From contig NC_043013.1 in NCBI RefSeq assembly GCF_006345805.1, positions 14,880,001-14,944,000 of the forward strand: a stretch of DNA of 64,000 bases, written 5' to 3'. Both the position numbers and the translations under genes were made by a program. The DNA is from Octopus sinensis (lineage: Eukaryota). Shown here one piece after another: positions 12,749 through 27,817 of the stretch (its first letter is position 1; every line of letters starts with the position of its first letter). The notes beneath the pieces are model-generated. The model saw only the letters and a program-made list of their open reading frames with translations, was not told where the DNA came from and did no database searches.

Positions 12749-13398
12749 TGTTCCGATTTCAAATTCTACCGAGGTCAGCTTTGCCTTTCATCCTTTCGGG
12801 GTTTGATAAGATAAGTACCAGTTGAGCACAGGAGTTGATGTCATCAACTTAACCCAGCCCTCAAAAATACTGGTTTTGTGCCAAAATTTGAAACCCTTAT
12901 TATTGTTGTTTTTACTGTTTGTTGATGTTATTGCTATTATTTTTATTATCATCATCATCGTCGTCGTCGTCGTCGTCGTCGTCGTCATCGTCATCATCAT
13001 CATCATCACCATCAGTACTATCATTTTGTGCATGTTTGTGCGTCTTTTTATAAATGTGAGCTTTTATTGCACAACTGGGACATGGTATGAAATATATACA
13101 TATATATGTATGCTGCTTAGTAACTCAATGCTGTTTCCTGTATACTCCATCTCTGTGTGTATGTGTGTGAGTGTGAGTGTGCTTGTATATGTTAGTATTT
13201 CAGCCATGGGGCACTTAATGTTGCTATTTTCTGTATAATGTGTATATATATACACATTATGTGTATATGAGTAAGTCCTTCGGGTACCCTCCACACATTT
13301 CAATGTCTATATATGGTGCGTATATATGTGTGTATATGTGTATGTGTGTCTGTCTGTGTGTCTGTTTGCGTTAGTCTGTGTGTACATAAATAAATATA

Positions 13399-13560
13399 GG
13401 CGCAGGTGTGGCTGTGTGATAAAAAGCTTGCTTCCCAACCACATGGTTCCAGGTTCCGTCCCACTGCATGACACCTTGGATAAGTACCTTCTACTATAGC
13501 CTTGGGCTAACCAAAGTCTTATGAGTGGATTTGGTAGACAGAAAGCTGAAAGAAGACCTT

Positions 13561-13619
<59 letters not shown>

Positions 13620-13734
13620 ATGTGTGTGTATATATATATATATATATGTGTATGTATATATATGTATATGTATGTATGTATATATATATATGTATATGTA
13701 TATATGTATATATATATGTATATGTATGTATATA

Positions 13735-13770
<36 letters not shown>

Positions 13771-14060
13771 TGTATGTATGTATATATATATATATACATA
13801 CACATGTGTGTGTGTATATGCATATGCGTTTGTCTGAGGGTTCGTGTTTGTCCCCCCACCACCACTTGACAACCGCTGTTGGTTTGTTTATGTGCCCATA
13901 ACTAAGCGGTTCAGCAAAAGAGACTAATAGAACAAGTGCCAGACTTAACAAAAGATAAGTAATGTAGTTGGTTTTTTTGGGACTAAAATATTTTTCAATT
14001 TTTCAGGTTGGTGTCCCAAAATGACTGCAGTCTAATGATTGAAACAAGTCAAAGATAAAA
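13399..14060 (+). mobile_element. tRNA-derived SINE family 1 (CORE-like), full length with expanded internal microsatellite
   Basis: A box TGGCTGTGTG, B box GGTTCCGTCC, CCTTGG(G/A)(C/T)AAGT segment, tail GAAACAAGT-AAA. Confidence 0.85.
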
Positions 14061-14118
14061 TGTGTGTGTGTGTGTGTGCGTGTGTAAATGTTAGTCGATA
14101 AGTCCTTATATGTGTGTA

Positions 14119-16285
14119 CAGGGTGTCCCAGAAAGATTTGCCCATGTTTAAAACCCTCCTAAATAATATCAGTTCGGGTAATATTTTTAAAAAAATTTCT
14201 TTATTGACCACAAGGAGCTAAACATAGAGGGGACAAACAAGGAAAGACAAAGGAATTAAGTGGATTACATCGACCCCAGTGCGTAACTGGTGCTTAATTT
14301 ATCAACCCCGAAAGGATGAAAGGCAAAGTCAACCATGGCGAACTCAGAACGTAACAGCAGATGAAATACCTATTTCTTTACTAGGCACAAGGGGCTAAAC
14401 ACAGAGAGGACAAACAAGGACAGACAAACGGATTAAGTCGATTACATCGACCCCAGTGCATAAATGGTACTTAATTTATTGACCACGAAAGGATGAAAGG
14501 CAAAGTCAACTTCGGCGGAATTTGAATTCAGAACATAACGGCAGACGAAATACCGCAAAGCTTTTCGCCCGGCATGCTAACGGTTCTGCCAGCTCATTAT
14601 CTACATTTGACAAATATTTGCATGTCTTTTGTTCATGTGTCTATTGTTTCAAAAGTAAAGTATGATCAGATAGTTGCTTTGAAAACAGCTGGGGGGAGCA
14701 TCAAGGACATAATAAAACAGTTGAGTGTGTTCCATAATACAGTGTTCAATACCTGGAAACAATATATGGAGTCTGCTACTTCCTCTAGCAAGCCACTTCC
14801 TGGTAGGAAATGGTCAATTCATACCAAACAAACTGTTGAAGCTGTGAAGAAGCAAATGAACTGAAATTCCTGCAAGAGTGCAAGAAAAACTGCAAAAGGT
14901 CTTGATATTTTGAAATTGTCAATGCACAAGATTTTTAAAGAGGATTTAGGAAGGAATTTCAACCATGTTTCATGGTCTGCTACCACAACAGCTCCTTTAT
15001 AGGATCCAATTAGCTCAAGTCATCATCAGGAGGAACCAGGTCTGGTTTCGGCCCCTATTCCTCTACCGTTTTGACATGGCAGGGCCTCCCCTTTTGGAGG
15101 TATCTTCAGCTCTCTAGTGTTGGGTGCATGTCTTCTTTCTCCTTCTTTCTTCTGTTCCCTGGCCTCTTCAATGTAGCTTCAACGAGTGTCAGCGGGTGAC
15201 ACGGGTGGTACAGAACTCATGTGATTCTGTGACTACTCATTTGCAGGCTATGGTCAAGGCGAAAGGTGGTCATTTTGAAATGTAATTACTGCAATGGAGT
15301 GACAATTTACATTAAAATGTCTTTGCCAAATTTAGTCTCAAAAAACAATCCCAGTACTTATCTTTGTTAAGTCTGGTACTTGTTCTATTAGTCTCTTTTG
15401 CTGAACCGCTTAGTTATGGGCATGGAAACACACCAATACTGGTTGTCAAGTGGTGGGGGGGGGGTGCAAACACAAACACTCAGACAATGATATTTTGAAA
15501 TCGTCAATGCACAAGATTTTTAAAGAGGATTTAAAGCTAACTGCATACAAGAAACAACCCTAGCAGTAAATTTCAGCAGTATCCAAGAAGAAACAGCTCG
15601 ACAGGGGTAAAACCATATTAGCTATGACTAAGCGTGCTGCTAACAAAATGTTAACCTGGTCCAATGAGAAGCTCTTCACCATGAAAGCAGTTACCAACAG
15701 GCAGAATGACAGGCTTTATGTACGTAATGCAGGAGACTTGCTCAAAGGTAGCAGGAGTCATTTACATCATCAGAAGCCAGCTTCTCTCATGGTGTGAGCT
15801 GCAGTTGCATCTGATGGGTCCAAGTCTCCCTTGATCTTCCTTGATGTTGCTGTCAAGGTCAGCAGTGACATTTATGTGGAAATATTGGATAAGAAAGTGT
15901 TATCTTGGGTCATGAAACCTTTGGTAACCATTACATCTTCTCTCAAGACAGCACTCTGGCCCACACTTCCAATTCAACACAAAGATGGTACAAAGAGCAT
16001 TTTAGTAGTTTTTGGGACAAGATGATATGGCCTCCCTCAAGTCCAGACATCAATCCCATGGGCTCTGCTATCTGCTCCATCTTAGAGAGTAATGTTTCTG
16101 CTCACTCCTATTCAAATATGCGAGATCTGAAGAAAGCCCTTCTGTTTTCATGGTTCCAGTTGGATGATGAGGTGGTACAGAGCTCATGAAATTCAGTGAC
16201 TACTCATTTGCAGGCTATGATCAAGGCGAAAGGCGGCAATTTTGAAATGTAATTACTGCAATGCAGTGACAATTTACATTAAAAC
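14119..16285 (+). mobile_element. Fragmented maT (DD37D) Tc1/mariner transposon
   Basis: TA|CAGGGTG left end, HTH region at about 14650-14945, catalytic region WSNEKLF..FSQD-x37-(G for D) with WPPSSPDINPM, C-terminal KAKGGNFE. Interrupted by SINEs and stops. Confidence 0.8.
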
Positions 16286-16291
16286 TTTATC

Positions 16292-17001
16292 TAGTGGTCA
16301 ATGAGGAAACTAGGGATAGATGAATGGTTAGTGCGAGCCATGTACAGGGACGCTGCTAGTAAGGTGAAGGTTGGCAACGAGTACAGTGAAGAATTCCGGG
16401 TAGAGGTAGGGGTCCACCAAGGCTCAGTCCTCAGCCCCCTCCTATTTATCATAGTCCTCCAGGCAATAACAGAGGAATTCAAGACAGGATGCCCTTGGGA
16501 GCTCCTCTATGCTGATGACCTTGCTCTAATTGCTGAGTCACTATCAGAACTGGAGGAGAAGTTTTAGGTGTGGAAGCAAGGATTAGAATCGAAGGGCCTT
16601 AGAGTCAATCTAGCTAAAACCAAAGTCCTAATAAGTAGGAAGGTAGACAAATCACAAACGCCTTCAGGTAGATGGCTCTGCTTGATCTGTAGAAAAGGTG
16701 TAGGTAGAAACTCTATAAGATGCACCAAGTGTAAGCTATGGACACATAAGAGGTGCAGCAATGTCAAAGGAAGGCTAACTAGGAAGATAGTTTTTGTATG
16801 TGGCAGATGCTCAGGAGCAATAAACACTGAAAATGCTCTGAGACCAACTTCTGCCACATTCCAGGGAGAAAAACTAGAAATAGTTGATAGCTTCCGTTAC
16901 CTAGGTGACCAAGTCAGTAGCGGGGGCGGGTGTGCTGAAAGTGTAACTGCTAGAGTAAGAATAGCTTGGGCAAAGTTCAGAGAGCTCTTACCTCTGCTGG
17001 T
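16292..17001 (+). mobile_element. RTE-clade LINE internal fragment (RT core)
   Basis: GVHQGSVLSPLLF and LLYADDL motifs, one in-frame stop; same family as 29981. Confidence 0.93.
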
Positions 17002-17290
17002 GGAAAAAGGATATAAATATTTGCATTGGGACCCTTCCATCAAAAACCGGTGATTGTCGTTGCTGATGACGGGTCAATAATTAGAAACTGCAGTCCATGT
17101 GTATCACTTAGGTTGACGAGGGAAGAATGACCTACCTTTGCAAATACCGATAGGGCACAGAAAGTGTGTCAATAGCCAGCTGGAGAAGATGTTCTCCTGG
17201 GGCTACAAGCTACAGTAACATCCATCCTTAGTGGTTAGCCATATTGAGATGGCAAATATACTTCACATATATATATATATACATATATAT

Positions 17291-17502
17291 AAAATGTGAC
17301 CTCGTGTGTACCGTTGGCGATTTTTTTTCCTCTGTCTTCCCTTCTCTGGATCTTTCCTTCTCCTATGTTTCCGACGAAGAGCTCTGCTCAAAACGTTAAA
17401 CCCTCCTTCTTTCCTTCTTTCCTGAGCGTCCAATAATACTATATTTGTTCCACGTCCTCGCGTTGTTGTGTTTTTATGTGCTTTCTTGTTTGGATTAACT
17501 TT
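17291..17502 (+). mobile_element. Short (TA)n-flanked Penelope-like element with degenerate hammerhead; same family as 63687-63898
   Basis: High similarity to 63687-63898 over about 210 bp. Confidence 0.65.
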
Positions 17503-17593
17503 ATATATATATATATATATATATATACTGGAGTAAACACATAAATATGAAACAAGTTGGAAAAAAGAGTACTCAAATACCAGAGGTAGAGTA

Positions 17594-17765
17594 ATATGCT
17601 TTATTTAAAAGCAGCAGAAATATAACAAAAGCTATTACTCAGAGTTTCACGTTCCTGTTCGTCGGGCAGTTTTGTTAAAAAAAAACAAAAAAAAACTCTC
17701 CGACGAACGGGAGTGTGAAACTCTGAGTAACAGCTTTTGTTATATTTCTGCTGCTTTTAAATAAA

Positions 17766-17771
<6 letters not shown>
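17594..17771. repeat. Inverted repeat (~80-bp arms), each arm carrying a hammerhead-like motif
   Basis: Arms 17594-17673 and 17692-17771 are near reverse complements; motif CCGACGA-AC..GU-GAAA-CUCUGAG-UA. Confidence 0.8.
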
Positions 17772-17826
<55 letters not shown>

Positions 17827-17898
17827 CATACATATATATATATATATATATACATATACATACATATATATATATATATATACATATACATACATATA

Positions 17899-17941
<43 letters not shown>

Positions 17942-18982
17942 TGTACATATATGTGAATAAACTTAGATCTATTTATAAACATAAAATTTTATCAATTTAT
18001 TTTGGAGAAACAATTTTCCCATTTATTTGGCAAAGATCACTGTAAATTTAATCCCCAAACATTTCTGTTAAGATCCATCACAGAACTATGGATATAGCAA
18101 ACAACCAATTCCAACAAATCCTGTTACTCAAATAATCTACAAAAACAGTGCTTGATAAATAAATAAATATATATCATAGCATTTTACATTAACGATATTC
18201 TGTCCTTTGGCATACACCACTCATTAGCCAATCAGAAGCTATGTAATATTAATCTATGCATACAGCTAAATTCTTCACTTTCTCTTGGCTTGACATCGCA
18301 TCAATGTCAGCATCTTTTAATAGGAATTTTTGCATTGTCTTCCACTGGTATTGATCATGGAATATTTGTTTTTGGAAACATATTTTTTTAATTTCTTTAT
18401 TTTCTGTTTTTTTTGGGGGTTTTTTTTAACCAGGTGGGAAGTGTAACACTCCTGAAATTTTACAGGGATTCTTAGAGTAGTAGAAAGGCAGGTGGGAGGA
18501 TGTTATAATCAAACTGGAGATCTGACTGGGCCTGAATGCTTCCAGCAGTGTACATCCTGGTAAAGGCATCTATGGTACCAGCTGGGGGATGGATTAAAAT
18601 CTATCAACTAGGTAGGGCATGGTGAGATTTGTACTCAGAATGCAAAGAACCAGAAAAACTACAGCAAGATGCTCTAACATTTTCATTAGTCTGCCTCCTT
18701 AACTAAAATGAATACAGCCAATCATCACTCACAAGTGACTGATGCCTGGCTCTATTATGTACCATGCTTTCACCAATTGTTTTAGGTGCCTACAAGATCA
18801 AGAGCAGATATAGACACTTCCTATAGGTCCCCTCACTCTTGATCCAGTAAGATATCCAGGATGTGAAAGAAAAGGAACCTAGGTATGGCTCGGGATTTTC
18901 ATACAGTTGCCTTTTCATTCGATTTCAATACACTCACTGACTACGCATGACTACATTCATGAAAATATATTTAAAGGGATAA

Positions 18983-19018
<36 letters not shown>

Positions 19019-19819
19019 TTTCATTTGTATGGTAAGAGTAAAGATGAGAGAAGGGATCATGGAAGTTGCTATCAAGACTGAACTGTGCTACAAACTTTCT
19101 CAAAACCTATCCTTATTTATGATAGTGTCTTGAGCCTTCATATATTGTTCCACAAAAGGAAATTTCTCGCTCTGAAAAGTGCCTGTAATGATAAAAAATT
19201 TTTGTTATAATTGTATTCAGTAGGATATGAAAGATAAACAATGCATGAAGTTTTAAGGAAATGTTTATTTACCGTTACGTTACAATACCTTGCCTCAACG
19301 GGCAGGTTATGATAAATCCAAAAGCATGGGAAGTAAAGTTTGTGTTTGTGTCCTCTTCATTGTTTAGTAGTAAATACAGAGAGAGATAAAATGATGTTGT
19401 AAGAGAACAGAATTAGAGCTAGTGAGAGTTGTAGGGTGTGGGATGTTGTCTCACAGTTGCTGACAGTAAACTTCATTTCTCCATCTGACCAGTTGTAGCT
19501 GGTCAGCCAGACTTCATTGTCACCGACTCATTGAGTCATCATCAACTGTGTCTAACTAATTTTTGCTTTGGGTGTGCTCGCTTTTATAACTATCCAGAAG
19601 GATAGACATATCATTGAGAACAATAGATTTAGTTGGTGATCTTGTTATTTCTATTCTAGCTTTTGGTGAAGTAGAAGAGGTTAGAAAGGGTCAAGTGGTG
19701 AAGACATTATTGAGGCCTAGCTAAAGGCATCTGGGAAAGGAAAACCATTGTTCCACCGTGGGAAAAGTTCTGTTGCAGTGTTAATTTAAATTTGGCAATG
19801 GTGGATCGAATCCACTTCA

Positions 19820-20745
19820 TACATGCAAGATCCACTACATGCCCATGCATCAAAAACGACCTGTTCAGAGGTGGACAAACACCACTTTTGCACCAGACTG
19901 AATGCGGCTCTCACTGCAGATAAAACAAGCAAATTAATTTTGTTGGGGCACTTCAACACTAGAGTAGCAGTGGACTGTAATACTTGGCAAAACATTGTCA
20001 GCCCACATAGTGTCAGAAAAGTTAACTCAAACGGTGAAAGACGGCTTTCTTTTTTTTGCCCAGCATGCACTTAGCATCACAAATACCATATTCAAATAAC
20101 TTTTGAGGTACAAAACAATCTGGATGCATCCAAGAGCCAAGCATTTGCACCAGATTGTTTTTGCTTCAGTTAAACAAAAGAACATGAGTTCCTTGTGTAA
20201 CTTTGGCCTACAAATCAATTTGAAAAATACTGAGGTACTTTTTTCAGTCATGGCTACAATCAAATATGGAACTTACACTATCATGACAGATGGAAACATA
20301 CTAAACAGCATCATTCATTTTACTTATCTAGGCAGCATTGATTCAAGTGATAACGAACTAGACACTGAGCCCCAAAATTGTGTAGCTAAAGCTTCCTCTG
20401 CATTTGGATATTTTACTGAGTGACCCTGGAAAAACCATACCATCTCAATGAAAGGAAAATGTAAAGTATACACAGCCAGTGTCATCTAAATTTTACTGTA
20501 TGGTGCAGAAGCAGGAATGCTTTACAAAACAGAACTTAAAAGAACTAGTGCCTTTATCATGTGACATCTGAAAGCTGTCATGAACATCAAATGATGGCAA
20601 CATATCTCAAACTCCAAACTCTTCAGAAGAGATTGCTTTCAATCCGTATACTGTCTGTTTGATGCAGAGAAATCTTCACTGGACAAGCCACATTGCCAGA
20701 CTAGGGAGTGATAGGCTTCCAAAGAAAGCCCTGCTCTCACAGTTA
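19820..20745 (+). mobile_element. Decayed BovB-like RTE LINE with internal deletion
   Basis: APE-endonuclease-like LILLGHFNTRV, NSNG and TIWMHPRAKH segments, then GLQINLKNTEVL, FTYLGS and AKASSAFG; many stops and frameshifts. Confidence 0.75.
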
Positions 20746-21144
20746 CTCTTTTACTCTTTTACTTGTTTCAGTCATTTGACTGCGGCCATGCTGGAGCACC
20801 GCCTTTAATCGAGCAACTCGACCCCGGGACTTATTCTTTTGTAAGCCCAGTACTTATTCTATCGGTCTCTTTTGCTGAACCGCTAAGTAACGGGGACATA
20901 AACACACGAGCATCGGTTGTCAAGCAATGCTAGGGGGACACACACAAATACACACACGCACACATATATATACATATACATATATACGACGGGCTTCTTT
21001 CAGTTTCCGTCTACCAAATCCACTCACAAGGCTTTGGTCAGCCCAAGGCTATAGTAGAAGACACTTGCTCAAGGTGCCACGCAGTGGGACTGAACCCGGA
21101 ACCATGTGGTTGGTAAACAAGCTACTTACCACACAGCCACTCCT
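20745..21144 (-). mobile_element. SINE family 1 copy (others at about 10707-11665, 22155-22540, 23645-23925, 33905-34030, 41270-41660, 53165-53545)
   Basis: Reverse complement of the family consensus. Confidence 0.88.
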
Positions 21145-22612
21145 TAATAGATATCATTCAAAACATTGGCAGACCCAGAGTGAGATTAAAGGACACCATC
21201 CAGCAGAAGCTAAAAGATCTAGCCTCACTGACAAGTAGTACCAGCTAGACAGTAATTGCTCTGGTGGAATTTGGTTTATGATGGACTAGATGTAGAAAGA
21301 TATATGTCTCCTTATAAATTAATTTATTGCATGTATCCACATTTACGCACACTCACACACACACACACAATTAGATTGTTAATTATGTTATTTAGTGAAG
21401 TGTTTGACTTGATATTAATTAACAAATTAATCTTTCCAGATAATTTACTCTGTATGTATGTATGTATCTATGTATCACTGGTGGGGAGATGACTCACTGC
21501 TATCTCTAGCAAACAAGCATCATCATTGATGTAATCAAGGAAGGTCAAACTCATGTGATCTGGGGGTTTTGGTGTTGGAGTTGGTGGGAATTTATCTCCC
21601 CACTAATGATATAAACAAGCATGCATTTTGTGCCTATATGAGAATTTCTAAGGCGGTGAGCTGGCAGAGATGATAGCACGCTGGGCGAAGTGCTTCACAG
21701 TATTTCGCCCATCACTACGTTCTGAGTTCAAATTCTGCCGAGGTCGACTTTGCCTTTCATCCTTTCAGGGTCGATAAATTAAGTACCAGTTACGCACTAG
21801 GGTTGATGTAATCAACTTAATCCATTTGTCTGTCCTTGTTTGTCCCCTCTATGTTTAGCCCCTTGTGGATAATAACGAAACATATATATGTGAATTTCTC
21901 TCATGGTATTCACTACAGTAGAGTTTGTTCTGACAGAAGATCCATGTTTAAGGAGTTAAATATTAACTCTTACTATTAATACTGCCTCTTATTCTGCCAA
22001 GGTTGACTTTGCCTTTTAACCCTCCTGGGTTGATAAAATAAGTACCAGTTGAGTACTGGGGTCAATGAAATTGACTTACCCCTTCCCCGAAGTTGCTGGC
22101 CTTGGGACAAAATTTGAAATTGGTATTAATGCTGTCTCTGTCACTAATACATAGACCGAGGCCATGCTGGGGCACCACCTTGAAAAATTTTTAGCTGAAT
22201 GAATCAGTCCCAGTACTTATTATTTTTTAAGCCTGGTACTTATTCTATCAGTCTCTTTTTGCTGAACCACTAAGTTATGGGGACATAAATACACCAGCAC
22301 CAGCTGTCAAGTAGTGATAGGGAGACAAACACAGACACAAAGACACCCACACATAGATATATACATAGATGTGTATACGATGGGCTTATTACAATTTTTG
22401 CCTACCAAATCCACTCACAAGGCTTCGGTCAGCCCAGGGCTATAACAGAAGACACTTGCCCATAGTGTCATGCAGTGGGACTGAACCCAGAACCATGTGG
22501 TTGGAAAGCAAGTTTCTAATCACACAACCACATCTGTGCCTATATAGAGGATAGATTTTTTTTTAAAAAGGGACTAAAAGGTATTCTACTACTATAAAAG
22601 GTATTCTACTAC

Positions 22613-22817
22613 GAAGGCGGCGAGCTGGCAGAAACGTTAGCACGCCGGGCGAAATGCGTGGCCGTAATTCGTCTGTTGTTACGTTGTGAGTTCAAATTCC
22701 GCCGAGGTCGACTTTGCCTTTCATCCTTTCGGGGTCGATAAATTAAGTACCAGTTACGCACTGGTATGTCTGTCTTTGTCCCTTCTATGTTTAGCCCCTT
22801 GTGGGTAGTAAAGAAAT
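22613..22817 (+). mobile_element. tRNA-derived SINE family 2 (MetaSINE-like central domain) with 14-bp TSD
   Basis: TGGCAGAAACG A box, GAGTTCAAATT B box, GCCTTTCATCCTTTCGGGGTCGATAAATTAAGTACC; AGGTATTCTACTAC on both flanks. Confidence 0.88.
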
Positions 22818-24483
22818 AGGTATTCTACTACTGTATAGAATTATTCATGAGCTAAGCTGCTAAGTTACATTGGTTTTATAACAAACTCACTGCAAGAAGA
22901 CTCCTGGGTGTGATTTTGGCTGAGCTTTCAATCATTTCACTCAGATTAGAACCACAATCCATCTATACTGACACAAAAGACAAACACTAGCTACACAAAA
23001 AATTTAACTGTGTCACAAAGACATTAACACCTACAGGAATAGTTCATCATGTTTTTACAGCCTTGCAAGTTTTCCACGAAGTATTGTTCACTGTTTCCTA
23101 TATTCCAACTTAGCAAGTGACAAGTAAGTACATGTCTTTGACAAATATGAAGTAGGACAAAATGCATCTTCTGTTTTCATGGGTCACTGCTGCAATAATA
23201 TTTACCTTGCTTTAATATTTATTGTGTTTTTAACACAACATGTTATGAAGAGATTTCCTCTCAGACAAAACCACAGCATCATGCCTTTCAATGTTGTATA
23301 TACATTTAGTATGATATACAGATGGCAATTGTGATTTATAATTTGATGCCTACTTCAATTGCCTTCACTAAAATTTTTTACAGCCTAGAAAGTTTTCCAT
23401 AATACCAATGAATGTATTTATCCATTGTTTCCCCATTTAGCACAAACGTCCTCTACACAAGTGACAATGAGGTACATGGCACTGAAAAGCCCCAAGTGGC
23501 TGGGAAAACATCTGTCATTTTCATGAGACACTGCTGAAATGGTGTTCACCTCTCTCTGATATAAATTATTTTTAATACAGCATGGCTATGAAGAGATTTA
23601 CGTTCAGACCTAAACTGCAACAATGTGTGTGTGTGTGTAACAGTCGCTTTTGCCGAACTGCTAAGTTACAGGGACGTTAACACACCAGCATCGGTTGTCA
23701 AGTGATGTTGGGGACACACACACAAACACACACACACACACACACATATATATACATATATACAACAGGCTTCTTTCAGTTTCCGTCTACCAAATCCACT
23801 CACAAGGCTTTGGTCGACCCGAGGCTATAGTAAAATACACTTGCCCAAGGTGCCATGCAGTGGGACTGAACCCGGAACCATGTGGTTGGCAAGCAAGCTA
23901 CTTACCACTCAGCCACTCCTGCGCCTGAATATACAGAACCCATCACTTAGATAAACTTACTATATATATAGCTTTTAACTTCTTAAACTTACTAATACTC
24001 TGCATGCATCCTTCAAAAGAAAAATGATAACCTAACTTCCATCAGCTCATAATTAACCATGCAGAAGTCCTACCCCATATAGTTAGAATATGATACCTTT
24101 CTTAGCATTTAACCAAATCCTTAAAGCTTCTGATCAACAAGCTGATAGGACTGAAACATATATGTAGGTTCCTTTATTTTATTTTTTCAAGCTTTACAAC
24201 TTGTAACTAATTCATTTGTACTGTTATGTTTCTTAAAAGAAATTTTCATAATTTTATAACATACAAATAATTATTTGCGCATCCATACAAATAATTATTT
24301 GTGCATCCATTTTTTTCTCCATTTTCTTTTTCCTTCAATTCTGATAATATATAATTTCAGTAATCCCTAACATACACCTTTTGCATTATATGATATGGAT
24401 TAACCACTGAAATATCTTGGATTACATAATCCCTAATGAGGATTGTACTATACATATATACATACATACATACATACATACAT

Positions 24484-24547
<64 letters not shown>

Positions 24548-24785
24548 TCATCATCATCATCATCGTTTAGCGTCCGCTTTCCATGCTAGCATGGGTTGGA
24601 TGGTTCAACTGGGGTCTGAGAAGCCAGAAGGCTGCCCCAGGCCCAGTCTGATCTAGCAATGTTTCTACGGCTGGATGCCCTTCCTAACGCCAACCACCCC
24701 ATGAGTGTAGTGGGTGCTTTTTATGTGCCAGACAAGGCTGGCAAATGGCCACGATCGGATGGTGCTTTTTACGTTCCACCGGCAC

Positions 24786-24829
<44 letters not shown>

Positions 24830-25317
24830 TATATATATACATATATAAAATATATATGATAGACATAAACCAATACAAAAATAACAAATAATATAAATAT
24901 AAGTAATATAATATATAATCTATATGTATATATATAAAGTTTCCAATTTAGATAATGGAGTTTTTTTATAAGAAAAATTATTATTTTATTTATTTCTTAA
25001 AAAATATTGTTTAACTCTATTTGCCTATTTATTTAACTATTATCATTAACCTGAAGATTGACTATAATTTTAGTTTGAATTTATTTCAATTGAATTTAAA
25101 CTTAATTGTAATTCGAATTTAATTATAGCCATGAAACGTACATAGTGTTTTTATTTATTATATTATATTTATCATTCTTTTTATAATTTTGGGAAAAAAA
25201 AAACAATTACATACTCTTTTTTTTTCTTTTACTTGTTTCAGTCATTTGACTGTGGCCATGCTGGAGCACCGCCTTTAGTCGAGCAAATCGACCCCGGGAC
25301 TTATTCTTTGTAAGCCC

Positions 25318-26061
<744 letters not shown>

Positions 26062-26115
26062 ATATATATAAGTACTATATAAGTACTATATAAGTACTAT
26101 ATATATATATATGTA

Positions 26116-26161
<46 letters not shown>

Positions 26162-27537
26162 TACATATATATATATATGTATATATATATTACCACTCCA
26201 TTGATATTGTAGGTAATTTGCATGTGTATTTTTTTGTCCAAAGCACAAAGAAGATAGTTGATAAAATTATGTACTTTCATCAAATGATTGCGTAGTCCTG
26301 TCTGCTGTTTTATTGAAACACGGGTAGGTTTTTATAAAGCTTGAAATACCAAATATACTTTCTGTTTATTATATATATATATTCTCACACACACACACAC
26401 ACACACATATGTATGTATGTAAGTATATGTATAAGTGTGTGCACGTAAAAGCACCATCCTTTCGTGTCCGTTGCCAGCCTTGCCTGGCCCCCATGCCGAT
26501 GGCAAGTAAAAAGCACCATCCGTTCGTGGCCGTTTGCCAGCTCCGTCTGGCACCTGTGCGGGTGGCACGTAAAAAGCACCCACTACACTCACGGAGTGGT
26601 TGGCGTTAGGAAGGGCATCCAGCCGTAGAAACACTACCAGATCTGACTGGGCTTGATGCGGCCTTCCGGCTTCACAGACCCCGGTTGAACCGTCCAACCC
26701 ATGCTAGCATGGAAAACGGATGCTAAATGAAGATGATGATGATGTGTATGTACATATACTTATTAAAATGCTACAGGAATGTATCGCTAGAAGAATGCTT
26801 TAAAGTATCATTATGACCACCACTAGTCTTCCTACCATCATCTTCATTATCATTATCTCTATCAGTTCAGGATAATCATTGTAATTATCAGTTTTGATAT
26901 TCCACTTTTCCATGCTTGCATGGTTCAAATGTACTTCAGCATGATACGTTTTCTACATCATGGTAATCTTCCTGTTTCCAACTTTCATCTGTTTCAGAGC
27001 AAAGTGATATTTCCCCTTGTCCCTTGATCATAAACAACATAATAGTTGAAAGAGAGAGAGAGAGAGAGAAAGAATGCAATGAAAGATATAAAAGAATTTA
27101 AAAAAACAATGAACGACATCCTAAGTTCATAATTAAAATTATTAGCTTAGTAATCAGAGAAGTGGAAAAATAGAAGAGATGCAGAGGAAATGTACAAAAT
27201 AAATATTAAAATAATTATCCCCAAAAAGAATTCAAGGCAAAAATGTCCATATGTAGCATCTATCTATCTATCTATCTATCTATCTGACATGATCCCTATT
27301 GATCGTTTTTTTCCCTCTTCCCCTTTTTTCCTCTTTTTCTTCTTTTTTCATTTTTCTTTTCTTTTGTTCCTTTTCCCTTTTTTCTTTTTTTTGCTTTTCC
27401 TTTTTTTTTCTTTTTTCCCTTTTACGATGCCTTTTGATTGAAAACCTACGCCACCTTTTTTTTTTTTCTCCCCCAAAAGAAAAGCTCTACCTTGTAACTT
27501 GTCCCATCTGTGTGCAGCCCTGTGTGGCCAATAAACT

Positions 27538-27584
27538 TATCTATCTGTCTATCTGTCTATCTATCTATCTATCTATCTATCTGC

Positions 27585-27657
<73 letters not shown>

Positions 27658-27658
27658 C

Positions 27659-27696
<38 letters not shown>

Positions 27697-27781
27697 TAAT
27701 CTGTCTATCTATCTATCTATCTATCTATCCATCTATCCATCCATCTATCTATCTATCTATCTGTGTGGCCAATAAAGAAAC

Positions 27782-27817
<36 letters not shown>

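Noticed and set aside
13399-13470. tRNA-like A and B boxes
   Set aside because: SINE heads; no complete cloverleaf and multiple dispersed copies with SINE bodies.
18786-18892. AG/GT-bounded exon-like segment
   Set aside because: Stops in all three frames; no evidence of transcription available.
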